Positions 14,533-27,373 of a stretch of 64,000 bases of DNA are shown piece after piece. A program made the position numbers and the translations under genes. The DNA comes from Kudoa neothunni (lineage: Eukaryota; Animalia; Cnidaria): NCBI GenBank assembly GCA_964304625.1, contig OZ199840.1:8067744-8131743 (forward strand). The letters are read 5' to 3'. Within the stretch, counting starts at the first letter, position 1; each line of letters begins with the position of its first letter. The notes under the pieces were generated by a model that was not told the origin of the DNA, searched no databases, and saw nothing but the letters and a program-made list of their open reading frames with translations.

Positions 14533-16926
14533 ATGCGCACGCAGATTCGGCGAGTCCTATTTACTATGGACTTCCCCGGCATCCTAATATGGAAATTTGT
14601 TAAATTATTGTATAAAAATGAAGATGAGGAGTCGAAGAATAACGGAAATGCGCTGTTATGTAGTATGCGATTTAACGAAGGCAACAAACTCACTTATTCA
14701 ATAAGTGCAACTCACGATATTTTTCAAGCGTTGTTAACGCTGGAGAATCAACGTAGAGTCCAATCGTATATTGATTGTTCAACGATAATGTCATGTTGTA
14801 TGGCGGTGGTACGTTTCGTGAATAATATGACTGATTCGGGTTGGAATTAATTGATACATTTTCCATTTTTCATTCAAACCTAGCCCAGAAAAGCTCCCCC
14901 AAGAGAGCCGTACACACAACAGCATCTCTTATGAATATTCCAAAGTGGCTGGTTGATATGAGGCATTCAATCGTGCACTCACATTTGACAATGGATGAGA
15001 GAATTCTCGAAGATGCCTTGAGGTTTTGTGCTGATTGGCTCTATCAGAAGTATTGGTGTGAGTTTGTGGATATCGATGCGAGCAATTTCCAGCATCTACC
15101 CACCTCTAACACACCAACAGAACCTAGTGATTACACCAAATTACGCGAATATGTGGTCGAGGCGCAAGAACACATGGTGAAAAATCAACACGATCTTCTG
15201 TTGTCAAAATTAAGATCAATTTTTGATAAATATGAACATAGGTGACGGATTTGCTTGGTAAGAATTATATCGAATTTAAATTGGCTGTTTTTGTAGGTTG
15301 GTATTCTACGAACTTATTCTAAAGGACCTGGCCGGAGAGGAAAATGAAAGTGAAATAATTTTCTACAATAGCGTTTGGTTGAAATCAGTGATCGATTGCT
15401 TTCCTTGCCTCATAGAGGAACTTGTTCACTTCATTGTGGATAACCCTCAGCGACTATTTAAATGGGCCACCAAATTGCATGTGAACAAATTGAAACAGTT
15501 TATTCAACATATAATTGAAACCGCAACGACAGATAACGTTGACGACAACGATAATTATAATTATAATGGTGATAAGTTGGATGCGTTGCTGACAAATTTG
15601 ACTGAAATTCTTCAATGTGTTATTGTCAATCACGCTAAATTGGTGAGTTGAATGGAGCGAATCATGCTTAATATTGGCAGTCAATTTTTGATTGTGGCTA
15701 TTGGCGCATCATGGAAGTATAAGACGAGGGTATTGGCAACGTAAATTTTAATCTTAAATGGCATATACGCCTGCGCAGTGAAGATCTTGAAATTCGATAT
15801 CTCTTGCTCTTAAGCTGCATTCGGATTTAATTTTTTAAAATTTTCCATTTTTAATAATTTCTACTTCCTTAGGACGAAGTGGCGGGAAGAAATAATTAAA
15901 TATAATCCAAGCTAATGAGTGATATCTGATTATTAGTTATTATATTGATAGTCACTTCCAAAATAGATTTATTTCTACATTTAACAATTGTGCGCATGCG
16001 TATTTTAAATCGCATTATACTTAATTTTGACTGCTGTCAACACACCGAACAAAATAAATCTTAAAGCTACTTGCGCGCGCACGCAAAACTCTATATCTCG
16101 CCTTTGTAGATTATATATCAAGGTTATTGGTTATAATTAATTATTTCTATCTTAAATTTCCACTTTTAACAACTAAAGATAATTATCTGTAGTCAAAACT
16201 ACATTCATTCAAGGAGGATTATATTTTTTCCGTATCAAATTAACATATACGAAGAATTTCTTATATTGCATGATCGCTCAATTTTGATATCTATTAGAAG
16301 GCTATAAAAGCAATCAACCAGTATATGCCTGGCTTAGGTTAAAATTCCCTAGAATTTAACGCATGTGCGGTGATATTTTTATTTTTAAAACTTCTACTTT
16401 TGTATTCATTTCGATTAAATCACGTTCAAAATTGGTATATCCATGACTTAGTTATAATTATTCTATTTTAAGGTGATATTGATTAATATATTTCGCGCGC
16501 CAATAGCCCCTTACAACTTTGTTGTTTATTAAACTATAAAAATACAAATATCTAATTTCTATATAGTTCAAGAATGCATCTGGAAATTCCATCTTTGAAA
16601 GAACACGAAACTTTATTCAGTCCTTAGTGTCTTGTATTGTAATTAGTAAAAACTCAGCAACAAACACAAGCAATCACCACCCACAACTTCTTTTGTTTAT
16701 AGATGACAACAAATGGAATAATAATTGTGCTGTTTATCCTATTTGGAATGTACCTCTCGGTATATGCATTGGACCTAAAAACTTGAGAGAGTCGTTTGTA
16801 AAATTTCAATGCGAAACTCTGCCAATAGATCGCAGCAGAATTACGAATATACAAAATCCCACCTCGTCCTTAGTTACACAGAAACCACGAAAACGACCTA
16901 TCAGTAGCGATATAGAGCTTTTGTAG
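14533..16926 (+). CDS. LAS1L: Ribosome biogenesis endonuclease LAS1L (HEPN), multi-exon
   Basis: CMAVVRFVN, NIPKWLVDMRHSIVH (HEPN R-x4-H motif) and WLYQKYW. The last exon (16567-16926) reads WNVPLGICIG...SSDIELL*, resembling the LAS1L C-terminal W..PLG motif and end. The middle exons are uncertain. Confidence 0.8.
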
Positions 16927-17029
16927 TGTATTATTGTTATTTTTGAGCGCCTTTATTACATCATAATACATCTTGGCAACGTAATGATTATTCTGATTAA
17001 AATAATAAATACAAGCCGTCCGCAAAATC

Positions 17030-20000
17030 ATGAACCCCAATGTGAAGGTTCTTTACATTGGAGCTGGATATGTTGGGGCAACTTCGGCCATGGTTGCTGC
17101 CTGCATGTGCCCTGGTATTAAGGTGTTTTGTTATGATAAAAATCCCGACTTAATAAATTGCTGGAAACTTGGCGGGGAAAATATTCCATTATATGGAGTA
17201 TATTTGATATCTTTCCGAGTTGGAATGAATAACCTACTTAAGAATGGCGTTTTGGAGTTGTATAAAAAGGCACAAGCTAGAGGAATCGTCTTTAGTAGCA
17301 ATATTTCGGAATGTTTTTACGATTGCCATATCATTTTTATATGCGTATTCAATTTTATTTTCTTTAAGAATAAATATACAAATATTTATAGATCAATATC
17401 GATGTGGTTTCAGCCTCGCAAACCCCTGTACGGTGTTAGTAAATAAAAAAACGAATTATTAAAAAAAGTATTGTTACAAATTTTTATGATTCTGTTTTAG
17501 AACCCTATCAAAGGTATTTTTATTAACCTACTTCAACGGTCCATAAACACCATCCCATTGATTGTGATTCGAAGCACTATTCCCGTAGGTGGGTCTAGAA
17601 AGTAATTGATGTTATTTTGTATATATGACTATAAGCGTAATATAAATACTCATGACAACTAAATTTATTCAAAATTTTATTAATTATGGATTAAGCTATA
17701 AAAATTAAAAAAACATCTGATAACAATTTTTGGGAAAATTTCTATTTTTATTATTTCGTGTTATTCTGTAATATTTTAACATAATGGATCAAAAATGTAT
17801 ATTTTATGTCGAATTTATTGAGATAATCTTAAATTTAATCCAATATTTTTAATGAATTCCTATTTTATATTTATTTTAAAATAGTAAAAATTTCAATCTG
17901 CGATTAAGGCATTTTACATTTAAAGTGTTATTATTAATATTTATTTAATGAAACATTTTTCAGTTTTTTTTATTATAAAATTTGATAGTTAAATTAGATA
18001 ATACTTAAAGGATATAAGATAACTGATTATATAATTTTAAAATAGTAAAATCTTAATTTTAATAAAGGAAATAAATATACAAAGATTAATCGTTTTATTA
18101 AAGATCTAAAAATTTGGGAATACAGTTACATCCAGTATTCGAAACAAATAGTTTTTCATCGACCACAAAAATATATTATTTAGATTTTATTTAGTTTTAA
18201 CCTTATTTTTGAATTATTCTAACGGGAAGTTAATAATATATTAATTTATTTAAAATATTTATTCCCAACGAAATATAATTAGATTTTGTGAAAATTCTCC
18301 TGGGTCTAATTAATTATTATTTTACAATAACTGAACTTAATTTTCTTTATATTAATTAATAGTATAATCATTTATTTATTTGGAATTCAATTGAATGTTA
18401 TTTTAGAAAACAGAATTAAAATTAATCATTATATTCAAAAAAGGTGTTATAGAAATGAATATATTGGCCGTTATTTGATTAAAAATAATGATCTCGCGAG
18501 CGTACAATATATATATTTTGTAATATATAAAATATTTAGATCTTAAATTTATCGTGCTTATAGTCTCATGTTAATTTTATGTCGAAATTATTTGATTTAG
18601 TGTTCAATCATGGATTAGTAAAAATCTACGCTCATTCGATGGACAAATTAATGTAAAAACATTTATATTTCATTTACTATGAATGTGTAATTGAATAAAT
18701 CAGATTTTGTACAATCCAGAATTTTCAAACCAAAGCGATAACATCGATGATCTAATCAGCCCAGATCGAGTGGTTATTGGTTGTTATAATTATAGCCTAT
18801 TGGATTTTAAACGGATTTTCCATAGGATATCCCAATGGCTCAAATCAACTTTCAGATTTTGTTCTTCTATTGAAGAATTTTTATCAAAAGTGGATAGATA
18901 GTAAAAAAATATTAATAGTGTCCTTTGAATCTGCCGAATTAATTAAATTGGTAATCTATAAATAAGCTTAACTGCACCAGATTTCTTCCTCTTTTATGGA
19001 CCGTAAGATGTTTTTTTAGGGATCCAACGCATTCCTTGCACAAAGAATATCATCTATCAACACTTTATACGCTCTTTCTCATCGCTTCAATGGAAATATG
19101 GACGATATTATCAAAGGTATTGGCAGCGACTCCAGAATAGGGCACAAATATCTTAAGCCTGGATTAGGTTATCAAATAAATAATGAAATAAATGTAACTT
19201 TGTATTCTGTTCATCGTAGGTTATGGTGGAAGTTGTCTTCATAAGGACATCGAAATACTTTCCACCAACTTCAATGATGCCTTTCTAGATGAATATGCTA
19301 ACTATTGGAGAAAAGTTAATCTCACCAACACACTTCAATTAAATTTCGTCTATGGAGAGCTGATATCAAAAATTTCCGCTGAATTTAAAAACGACCCAAT
19401 TAGTGAGTCTCTTGTGGCTGTGTTTGGCCTAACTTACAAAGGCCAGACAAACGATTTAAGGTAAACTTATGAATTGATATAAACCAAACAATATGTGGAT
19501 ATGTAAAAAACAGACTGTGTATTGATTTACCCAATGATATATTTCATTTTAACTCGAAATTTCTCTAGACTATCCAGAAGTATATATATGATTAAAAAAC
19601 TATTTTGTAATGGTGTCAAAAAAATACATGTATACGATCCCTCCTTCACCGCTTCCAAACAATTTATTAATAAACGAGACGTGCTTTATAAAAATATTAT
19701 ACAAAATTATACTAACGAAAAGTTCATTGATTGTACTAATGAATTCGATCCAGGTAGATGATTTGGTATTTAACAATATTTGATTTTCTATTCAGACATG
19801 GAAGATAGTAGAATAGAAATATTTTTCGACCCATATGAAACGGTTAAAGATGCAAAATATCTTTTTTTGCTAACAGATTGGAAAATCTTTCAGGTATATT
19901 TTCTTCGCTGTTCGCACACTTGGATAGACTTCTAACGGTGTACTTTGATTGTTTAGCGCTTGGACTATGAGAAGATATTCAATTTAATGGCACAAAAACC

Positions 20001-20076
20001 AGCAATTTTCGATGCGGTATCTATTTTGAACACTGGAAAAATCGCTAAAATTGGCCTACAACCACTCAATATTTAA
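17030..20076 (+). CDS. UGDH: UDP-glucose 6-dehydrogenase, multi-exon, divergent
   Basis: IGAGYVG Rossmann motif, RSTIPVG, NPEF...PDRVVIG, AELIKL|GSNAFLAQRISSIN and PGLG|YGGSCLHKD (catalytic Cys); one intron of about 1 kb. Confidence 0.93.
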
Positions 20077-20091
20077 CGAGAGTGGTTATAT

Positions 20092-21274
20092 TTATTGTTG
20101 ACCGTTTCCTGTTGTGGAATTGATGTGATGTTTGTTACAAATTTCTTTCGAATTGGATTTTATTTGCGTGATTGAGGGAATCAATGTTTTCATTAGGTAG
20201 AGACGAATATTTTGACAGAATTGTTTTGATCTAGAACAATCTCTATCGCTCCCCCATATTATCATTTGATGTATATTGTAACGGTCGATCAGTTGACACA
20301 TTAAATATTGAGTGTCTTGTTTTGACAATAAATGAGTTTCATTATGACTATATACAAATCTAAAATATGGCACTATAGCAAGGGTTCCATTGCCATTCTT
20401 GACACCTTCACCCACCGCTGTTAAGTGATCTCTTATACGAATAGATTCTTCTAATACTGCTCGAATATTTTCAAGTCTATAATTATCATCTGGTGTATAC
20501 AAATATATTGATGGGACTAAAACGTCCATCATTTTATACATCCACATCAGTTTGTTATTCCAGTGTTGTGATTTGGCGTTGCATTTGTGAATAGGATCGT
20601 TGGTTGTGACGGTGTGTCGGTAACAATGAGGATATCCGTATATACCCCATAAGGTTTTTTTACCCATCTTTCTACAACAGTGTAGTGTTTCCTCGTAAAA
20701 TTTTCTCGAGAATATCTCAAACAACTCTTTCATGTGGGTAATTTTGTGGGTGTTGGTTGAGGCATTATTTGACTGATTGGTTGTTGTGTATTTTTTGTAC
20801 CATTCCATAGAGGCCTCTCTAATAGCTTTGCCCATTCGGCCGAAATTCATGTCAAAACAATGGATTCCAAGATTCCCAGTCAATTATAGCTAGGCTGGAG
20901 TTCATAGTTGAACCAAGTTGAGAATTTATTTGAGTTAGATGCTCTCCAAATGATGCATTTTGAGGTATGCCACCATTGACTGATTGAAAGTCGTTAGTTT
21001 CATGGTCGTAATCCAATCGTGGGTAGACACCAAAATTTTCGTAAAAGGTTTGAATGAAGGGAGAATTCATTTGTTGGTGCTGGTGATCGAACAATATATT
21101 CACTCCTTTATAAGGAAGTTTAAAGTCCAGTATGTCCACCACAAAATTCTTTACACAGCCCAGCGAAGGCACATTCCAAATTATTGTGAAATTCGTCTGG
21201 ATAGAATTTTGATCTTTTTGTATTTGAATGCCCTTCATCAGATAAAATAGGAAAAATAAACAGTAGATCCTCAT
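20092..21274 (-). CDS. Secreted hyaluronidase/chondroitinase (glycoside hydrolase family 56), intronless, with a single +1 frameshift at about 20854
   Basis: Signal peptide MRIYCLFFLFYLMKG; IWNVPS, NGGIPQ, catalytic IDWESW, WGIYGYPHCY, PSIYL, IIWG. Removing one T from the TTTT run joins the two ORFs into 393 aa. Confidence 0.88.
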
Positions 21275-23322
21275 GAAAATTTTCCAAAAGCTGTCTTCTA
21301 ACCGACTAAAAGCTGATGCAACGACGTGTTATTAAGTTGGCACCTTCAAACAAGTTTCTATACAACCTCGTGTGATTTTTCATAAAACTTACCAAGCAAT
21401 TATTATTTAACCAATTGTTTTACTACAAATCAACTTCCTAGGGATGTTCATAATTTATGGCCCAAAAACATCGAAGGATTGTGCGGACAAGTCGCATGTG
21501 TTGAAAAAATAGAATGTAACACCATCTCACTAAATTTTTGTATAATTATACATAATATAGTTCCTTCTTAAATATTGGATATATCGATTTGATAACTTAG
21601 ATATAAGTTATAACTTATAACCCTCGGAGGACAGAACTCGAAAAACTTACGCGTGTGCCGAAGGGAGGCCTAAGGTACCTCAGAGGTTTTTCAACTTAAT
21701 TCGCTCGCTGGAGTAAAAAATTTGTTTTATATGGTTATTACCTAATTCAAAATAAAAGTATCCTCCCAAATTGTAAAAATATTTAATCAGCTAGGAACAA
21801 ATACAAGCAGTTCGTAGCCATCACCTTTAAGAAAACAAGAAATTCCTCAAGAACATAGGTTATGCTTGTATAAAGCTATTAACAAATTATTGAAAAACTC
21901 AAGGTTGATTTTCAAGTAAATTTTCCATCTGAAAGGAACAACCGAAAAAACCGCCACAATAAAGATATCTGAAAGTTTTCGTTAATCTCATTTTGCGATC
22001 GTGGTATTAAAGGTAGGAATATTTCTTTCACTTTAAACAACTAACTTTTCGATTATAATTATTATTCTATTGTAAAAATCATGGCTAATGTAAAAAGAAA
22101 ACCCCCAATTGGAACAAAATAAAATATTAATCGACCTATACTTTCAAAATTAATATACTACCAAGAGCGTTCGTGTCTTACAATAATCTCAGGATAATCT
22201 CCAAGCTTGTCGGATTCTTCCGGCAGAAAATAAAATCAAATACAGTTGCTATTCTCATCAATCCATTTAATCCCTTATTGGGATCGGCTATTCTCATGGA
22301 AACGAATATCTCCTATTCCTTTTATTCATTTAAAAATTAATTCTTAGTTAAAATTAAATAAATAATAAATATAAGAGATTCAAAGACCATTAAACACTAA
22401 ATATTATTGGTTCGGTTTTGAAACAGTAGTCTATTATTTTATATCCTTAAGGAAAAAATTTGTTGTTGGTATTATTTAAGATTTATTTGATATTAAAAGA
22501 CTACACGGAAAATTCTAGAGACAATAAAATAATTGGGGTTCCTAAAATACCCTTTCCGTTCCGTAAGGATTAAACGAGTTGTTCGAATATCTTATTTTAC
22601 AATTCATATTTTTTCGAAACGAGAGAGAATAATGTTTTTCGATGGATACGACATTTATTAACGTTTAAACAGACACTTAATTGGAAAACTTGAATTTTTT
22701 GACTAAGTATGCCTACATTATTTTTTGTGGTTGTTTCGAAAATGAATAAATACATTTTATGGATTTTAACTCTTGTAAATGACGTAATTAAGAAGTTGTT
22801 TAAATTTATTATGACAAAAATTCGATGAATTTAATGATAACTTGTGTGTTAAGTCTTAGTTTGTTTATATTGCATATAAATCTGCAATCCAAATAACAGA
22901 CGCAGTCAAATAATGATTTATAAATAAATTAAATTCGCTAATCTTTTACCCTGACTATGCCTCTGCCCGTCAAGTTGAGTTTTTTGGTTATTTAATATTG
23001 TTCTGTTCGCAATAACTTTAGATAGTAGAAAATAAGTAGAAATTTAATATTTCTAGCTTAGATTAAGTAAGATGTATTAGTTTTATAGCAGGATTGGACA
23101 TAATCTTGTTCTTGCGCAGCATTTCTGGTCGAAATAATCGCTTGTGTGTGAATTACATAAAGTTTGACAAACAGTAAAACTGTCAAAATGTAACATTGTA
23201 TATAATTACTCAAAATAAATTAAGCAATAGACACCAATGGGAAATCGACTTACCGATAAATTCCCTAAAACCACTCCCATAATACTTTAACCGATCTTGG
23301 ACGAATTGGAACTTGTTGATAG

Positions 23323-23829
23323 ATGAGTAATACACTTAGACCGTACTTGAACACTGTAAGAGCTACACTTACAGCCGCACTATGTCTTGAAGATTTTTCT
23401 TCGCAAGTAGTGGAGAGACATAATAAACCAGAAGTTGAAGTGAAAATCAGTAAAGAAGTGCTACTAACTCCAGTACTTATTGCCAGAAATGAGAAAGAAC
23501 GTGTACTCGTCGAAGGATCTATCAATTCGGTCAGAGTTAGCGTTGGAGTCAAACAATCTGACGATGTGGAACGAATTCTCTGCAAAAAATTCACCAATTT
23601 TATGGCTAGAAGAGCCGAAAATTTCTATATACTACGTCGTAAACCTATCCAAGGTTACGATATATGCTTTTTGATTTGCAATTTCCACGTGGAAAAAATG
23701 TTCAAAGAGAAACTCATTGATTTTATCATTAATTTCATGGAGGAAATTGACAAAGAAATTAGTGAACAAAAAATCGCACTCAATGCCCGCGCTAGAATCA
23801 GTGCAGAAGAATTCCTTAAAAGTTTTTGA
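23323..23829 (+). CDS. ARPC4: Arp2/3 complex subunit 4 (p20-Arc), intronless CDS
   Basis: 168 aa, highly similar to canonical ARPC4 ([31 protein letters not shown]...NARARI.AEEFLK.F). Confidence 0.98.
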   Translation: MSNTLRPYLNTVRATLTAALCLEDFSSQVVERHNKPEVEVKISKEVLLTPVLIARNEKERVLVEGSINSVRVSVGVKQSDDVERILCKKFTNFMARRAENFYILRRKPIQGYDICFLICNFHVEKMFKEKLIDFIINFMEEIDKEISEQKIALNARARISAEEFLKSF

Positions 23830-24708
23830 TCTCTTTCACCCTCGTTGCTTCCATATAATAAGTGTGTTAGAGTTGGGAAGGTGTAGTCATTTTGACCTTT
23901 CCAAGGCTATTTATGCTATATTTTGATTTGGTATTATTTTTATGTTGTATTCCATGTGTGTTATTTTTTCTTGCGCTTCCATCTATTACATATGACCGTA
24001 TCATCTTCGAATTTTTTATTTAATCATCATCTTAGATAATTTCTGTTAATAATTTTGTATAATCTATCTTTTCATTATAAAGTTTTGTTCATTCATTTGT
24101 ACTCAGTTTATTTTCTAACGTTACAATTAATTAAATTTTTTTTAATTTAACTAAAGAAGTTATCTTTTTAGCTTAAGAACATTCAAATGTACTATTATTT
24201 TAATTTTCATAATAAATAATATTCATGGATCGTTTGTATTGACTATATTTGACTAATTCTGAGTCTTAAGAGCTAATTGGTTGGCCAGAAATAATTAAAT
24301 ACTTCATATTCTAAAAAATTAAATCATTATACAGCTTTTTGAGTAAGAGTTGCAGGGATCAAACACTGCGGGCGCGCGCGCATATATTCCAGTTAGAATT
24401 AAAACTTATTATGTAAATAATCTACCATGAATATTTCAATATAAATCATATTTTAGGATTTTCATATAAAACGGATTATTCCGAATACTACTTACTAATA
24501 TTGATGTACAGACTAGTATTAGAAATCTAGACAAAGAATAATAATTTTAGCTCTCCCTTAAAAATATAAATTAAATAAAATATATATCTCTATCTAATTC
24601 ACATGTGAATTAATAATATAAAATCGAATCATTGACAAAATAAGAAAATTTTTAATATGTTAATAGATGCAATAAGTGATCGATTCTATGAATTTTACTA
24701 AAAGCAAT

Positions 24709-26458
24709 GGTAATAGGGTAGGATATGGCACCTAAAAAACACCCTTCTGCGCATAGTTTTTTCGCCGATTCTTTCATAAATGTTCATAATAAAAGAAAAG
24801 AATACCTAGAGGAAGTATTCAGCTAATTATGGTAACATCTAATTTTAGTACAAAATCCCGAATACAACACCTTCGGCACGCTTGAAATCTTCGTTAAGTT
24901 TCCAATAACCAATGAAAACATACTTTGTTGTGCACACATTAACTTCTACATTTATTATAAATTATCTTCTCTATCATAATTGGTATACCGACTATGAACC
25001 TTTTAAAAGCAAATTACATTAAATTATCATTTTTTGTAGTTTATATATTTTTTTGGTTAAATTATTTGAATTGTAAAAAAAGTTATAATCATTTTATAAT
25101 AAAGCTTTTATCATGAAATATTTATAGCGACAATACAATGAATCTTCCATCTTCGTTGCATTTAATATCTGTCCAAAAAAATCTTTGAATAATTAATTTT
25201 TAAAGGAACACTCTTTACAAAAGTTAATTATACAAAATAAAAGAAGCAACGTAAATAGGAATTTAGTAATATATATATTACATTCTTTACTTCATTTTTT
25301 AGATATATATATGGTCTTTTAATTTGATGTTCATTCTTTTAAAACTAACGATTATATTTTAAGTTTTTGATGCTATAATGTATTTAATGTTTTGGGAAAA
25401 TTTATAAATAAAGATGTTTTTTATATGTCTAAGGAGTTTTACTATTTTACCAGTTTGTTTAACACTACTCTATATAAAATTTAACATTAATTCTTTATTA
25501 AATTCTTTGGTTTGGGCTGTCTTCCGGAAATCTCCCCTTAAATACCGACCTTGATTAATTTTGCGCTTCCTGCGAAGAAGCGTCTCGTCAATCTCAATAA
25601 CTTACCCTTTGCCACAAGATTGTTTTCGTCGATGAAAATTAGAAACGCAAATATTTCTTATTTTTTTAAATCATACTCCTGCTGTTTTCTTGATCAAATT
25701 AATATTTTCGGAGGCAGATAAAATAATTTTATATATTTTATTCACCATTATGTTTGGAGAGGGATGAAACAAATTCAAACCTGAAATGAAAGTTCCGCTT
25801 CGCGGAGATACCCTAGTCTTACATCTTCGAATTTCGAGACTAATATTTAAGTATAAACTAATTACTTTTTAAAATAATAACTGAATGAATAATCCATATC
25901 ATTCCTTTCATGCGATTTAATTTTAGATATTGGCTTTTGGACGTTCAAATTCCTTTTGGTGAGGGAAAAACAATTGAACTTGTAACAATTGCTACACTTA
26001 AAATGAAGAGGAAGCAGATATTATTTCTCTATAAGTATATTAAACAATTTAATGAGGTTATTTATCAATAAAAAAATCGCCATCGTTAATAAAACTCAAA
26101 GAACTCATTTTCTCTAGCGCGCGAGAAATTCGATAAATTACTCGCTTAAATATTTTATATATTAGCAATAAAATACAACATTCCATTCTAAAAATGTTAT
26201 TAAGGCGTATAATAAATGCAGAAGTTAATGTGTGCACAGTAAAGTATGTTTTCATTGGTTATTGGAAACTTAACGAAGATTTCAAGCGTGCCGAAGGTGT
26301 TGTATTCGGGATTTTGTACTAAAATTAGATGTTACCATAATTAGCTGAATACTTCCTCTAGGTATTCTTTTATTTTATTATGAACATTTGTGAAAGAATC
26401 GGCGAAAAAAACTATGCGCAGAAGGGTGTTTTTAGGTGCCACATCCCACCTTATTACC
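24709..26458 (-). mobile_element. Merlin (IS1595/IS1016-like) DNA transposon, internally decayed
   Basis: About 250-bp TIRs (24709-24959 and 26208-26458) beginning GGTAA; 8-bp TSD aaagcaat / aaaacaat. Minus-strand remnants VIEIDETLLRRKRKINQGR (about 25545-25600) and KTRVSPRSGTFI match Merlin DDE transposases. Confidence 0.88.
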
Positions 26459-27373
26459 AAAACAATATTTACTTTATAAATAGAACTTTAACGGCAAATT
26501 TATTTGAATTTTTTTAAAATTATGTTTAAAATAAATATAATATATGGAAAATGAATTCTTGGGGCGGAGATGCTGTCGTTGATCCCAGTATCACTTCTAA
26601 CTGGAGTGCTCCAACGATTATGCATATGATTTTTTTGTGATCATTTCTTCCAAATAAAATTAGTTAGCTTTATTCAACTGGCAGAATCAAAAGTATAATA
26701 TTATAATTTTGAACATCTACTATTATTAAGGAAAAAGTTATGTAGCAACAGATTAAAACAATATTCATGATACCACGCCCCAAAAAATTTTAAAGTATTA
26801 AAAAGCGATAATTTGTTCATACTATAAGCTTTTCTTTTAAACTAACGGTTATTATCTAAGTCATATCCGGAAAGTGATATCAAATAATATATATATATAT
26901 TGTGCGAGAAAACCGAATAAAGTGTTTAAAGATAAGTTTTACGTATTTTCCTCACATGAACACAGAGTGGATTGAACAACCTTGGACACCTATATCACTC
27001 TTAATTGCAAAATCCTATATGAAGTTGTAAAATTAACCGACATCAAAGAATAAACTTAGAGTGTTACCTTAGCTCTCACTAAACCCGAGATATACTAAAA
27101 ATTAAAAACAATTAGAAGTATAGATTTAGGTATAAAAATCTAACTTAATACACAAACTAAACGACAATTATACGACAGATTTCGCTACATTTATTGTTCA
27201 GATAGTTACGCTGAAAAGCTCAAGGTTACTTTATAAATTATAATTTATATAGTGTTTCCCAGCGTGCTTGATTTTCGGACCCCCCATTAGCCAAGCTAAA
27301 TAAATACGAACCGCTGATTATACTACCATATATTTATATTTATGATATTTTTTGTACACAATTGTGTTTTTGA

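Noticed and set aside
16627-16926. Stand-alone 99-aa orphan ORF
   Set aside because: It is preceded by a splice acceptor at 16566 and resembles the LAS1L C-terminus, so it is treated as the last LAS1L exon.
23265-23926. Overlapping antisense and alternate-frame ORFs around ARPC4 (likewise over CNT, NFS1, GH56, RasGEF and the glycoprotein)
   Set aside because: Shadow ORFs of real coding sequence with no recognisable motifs.
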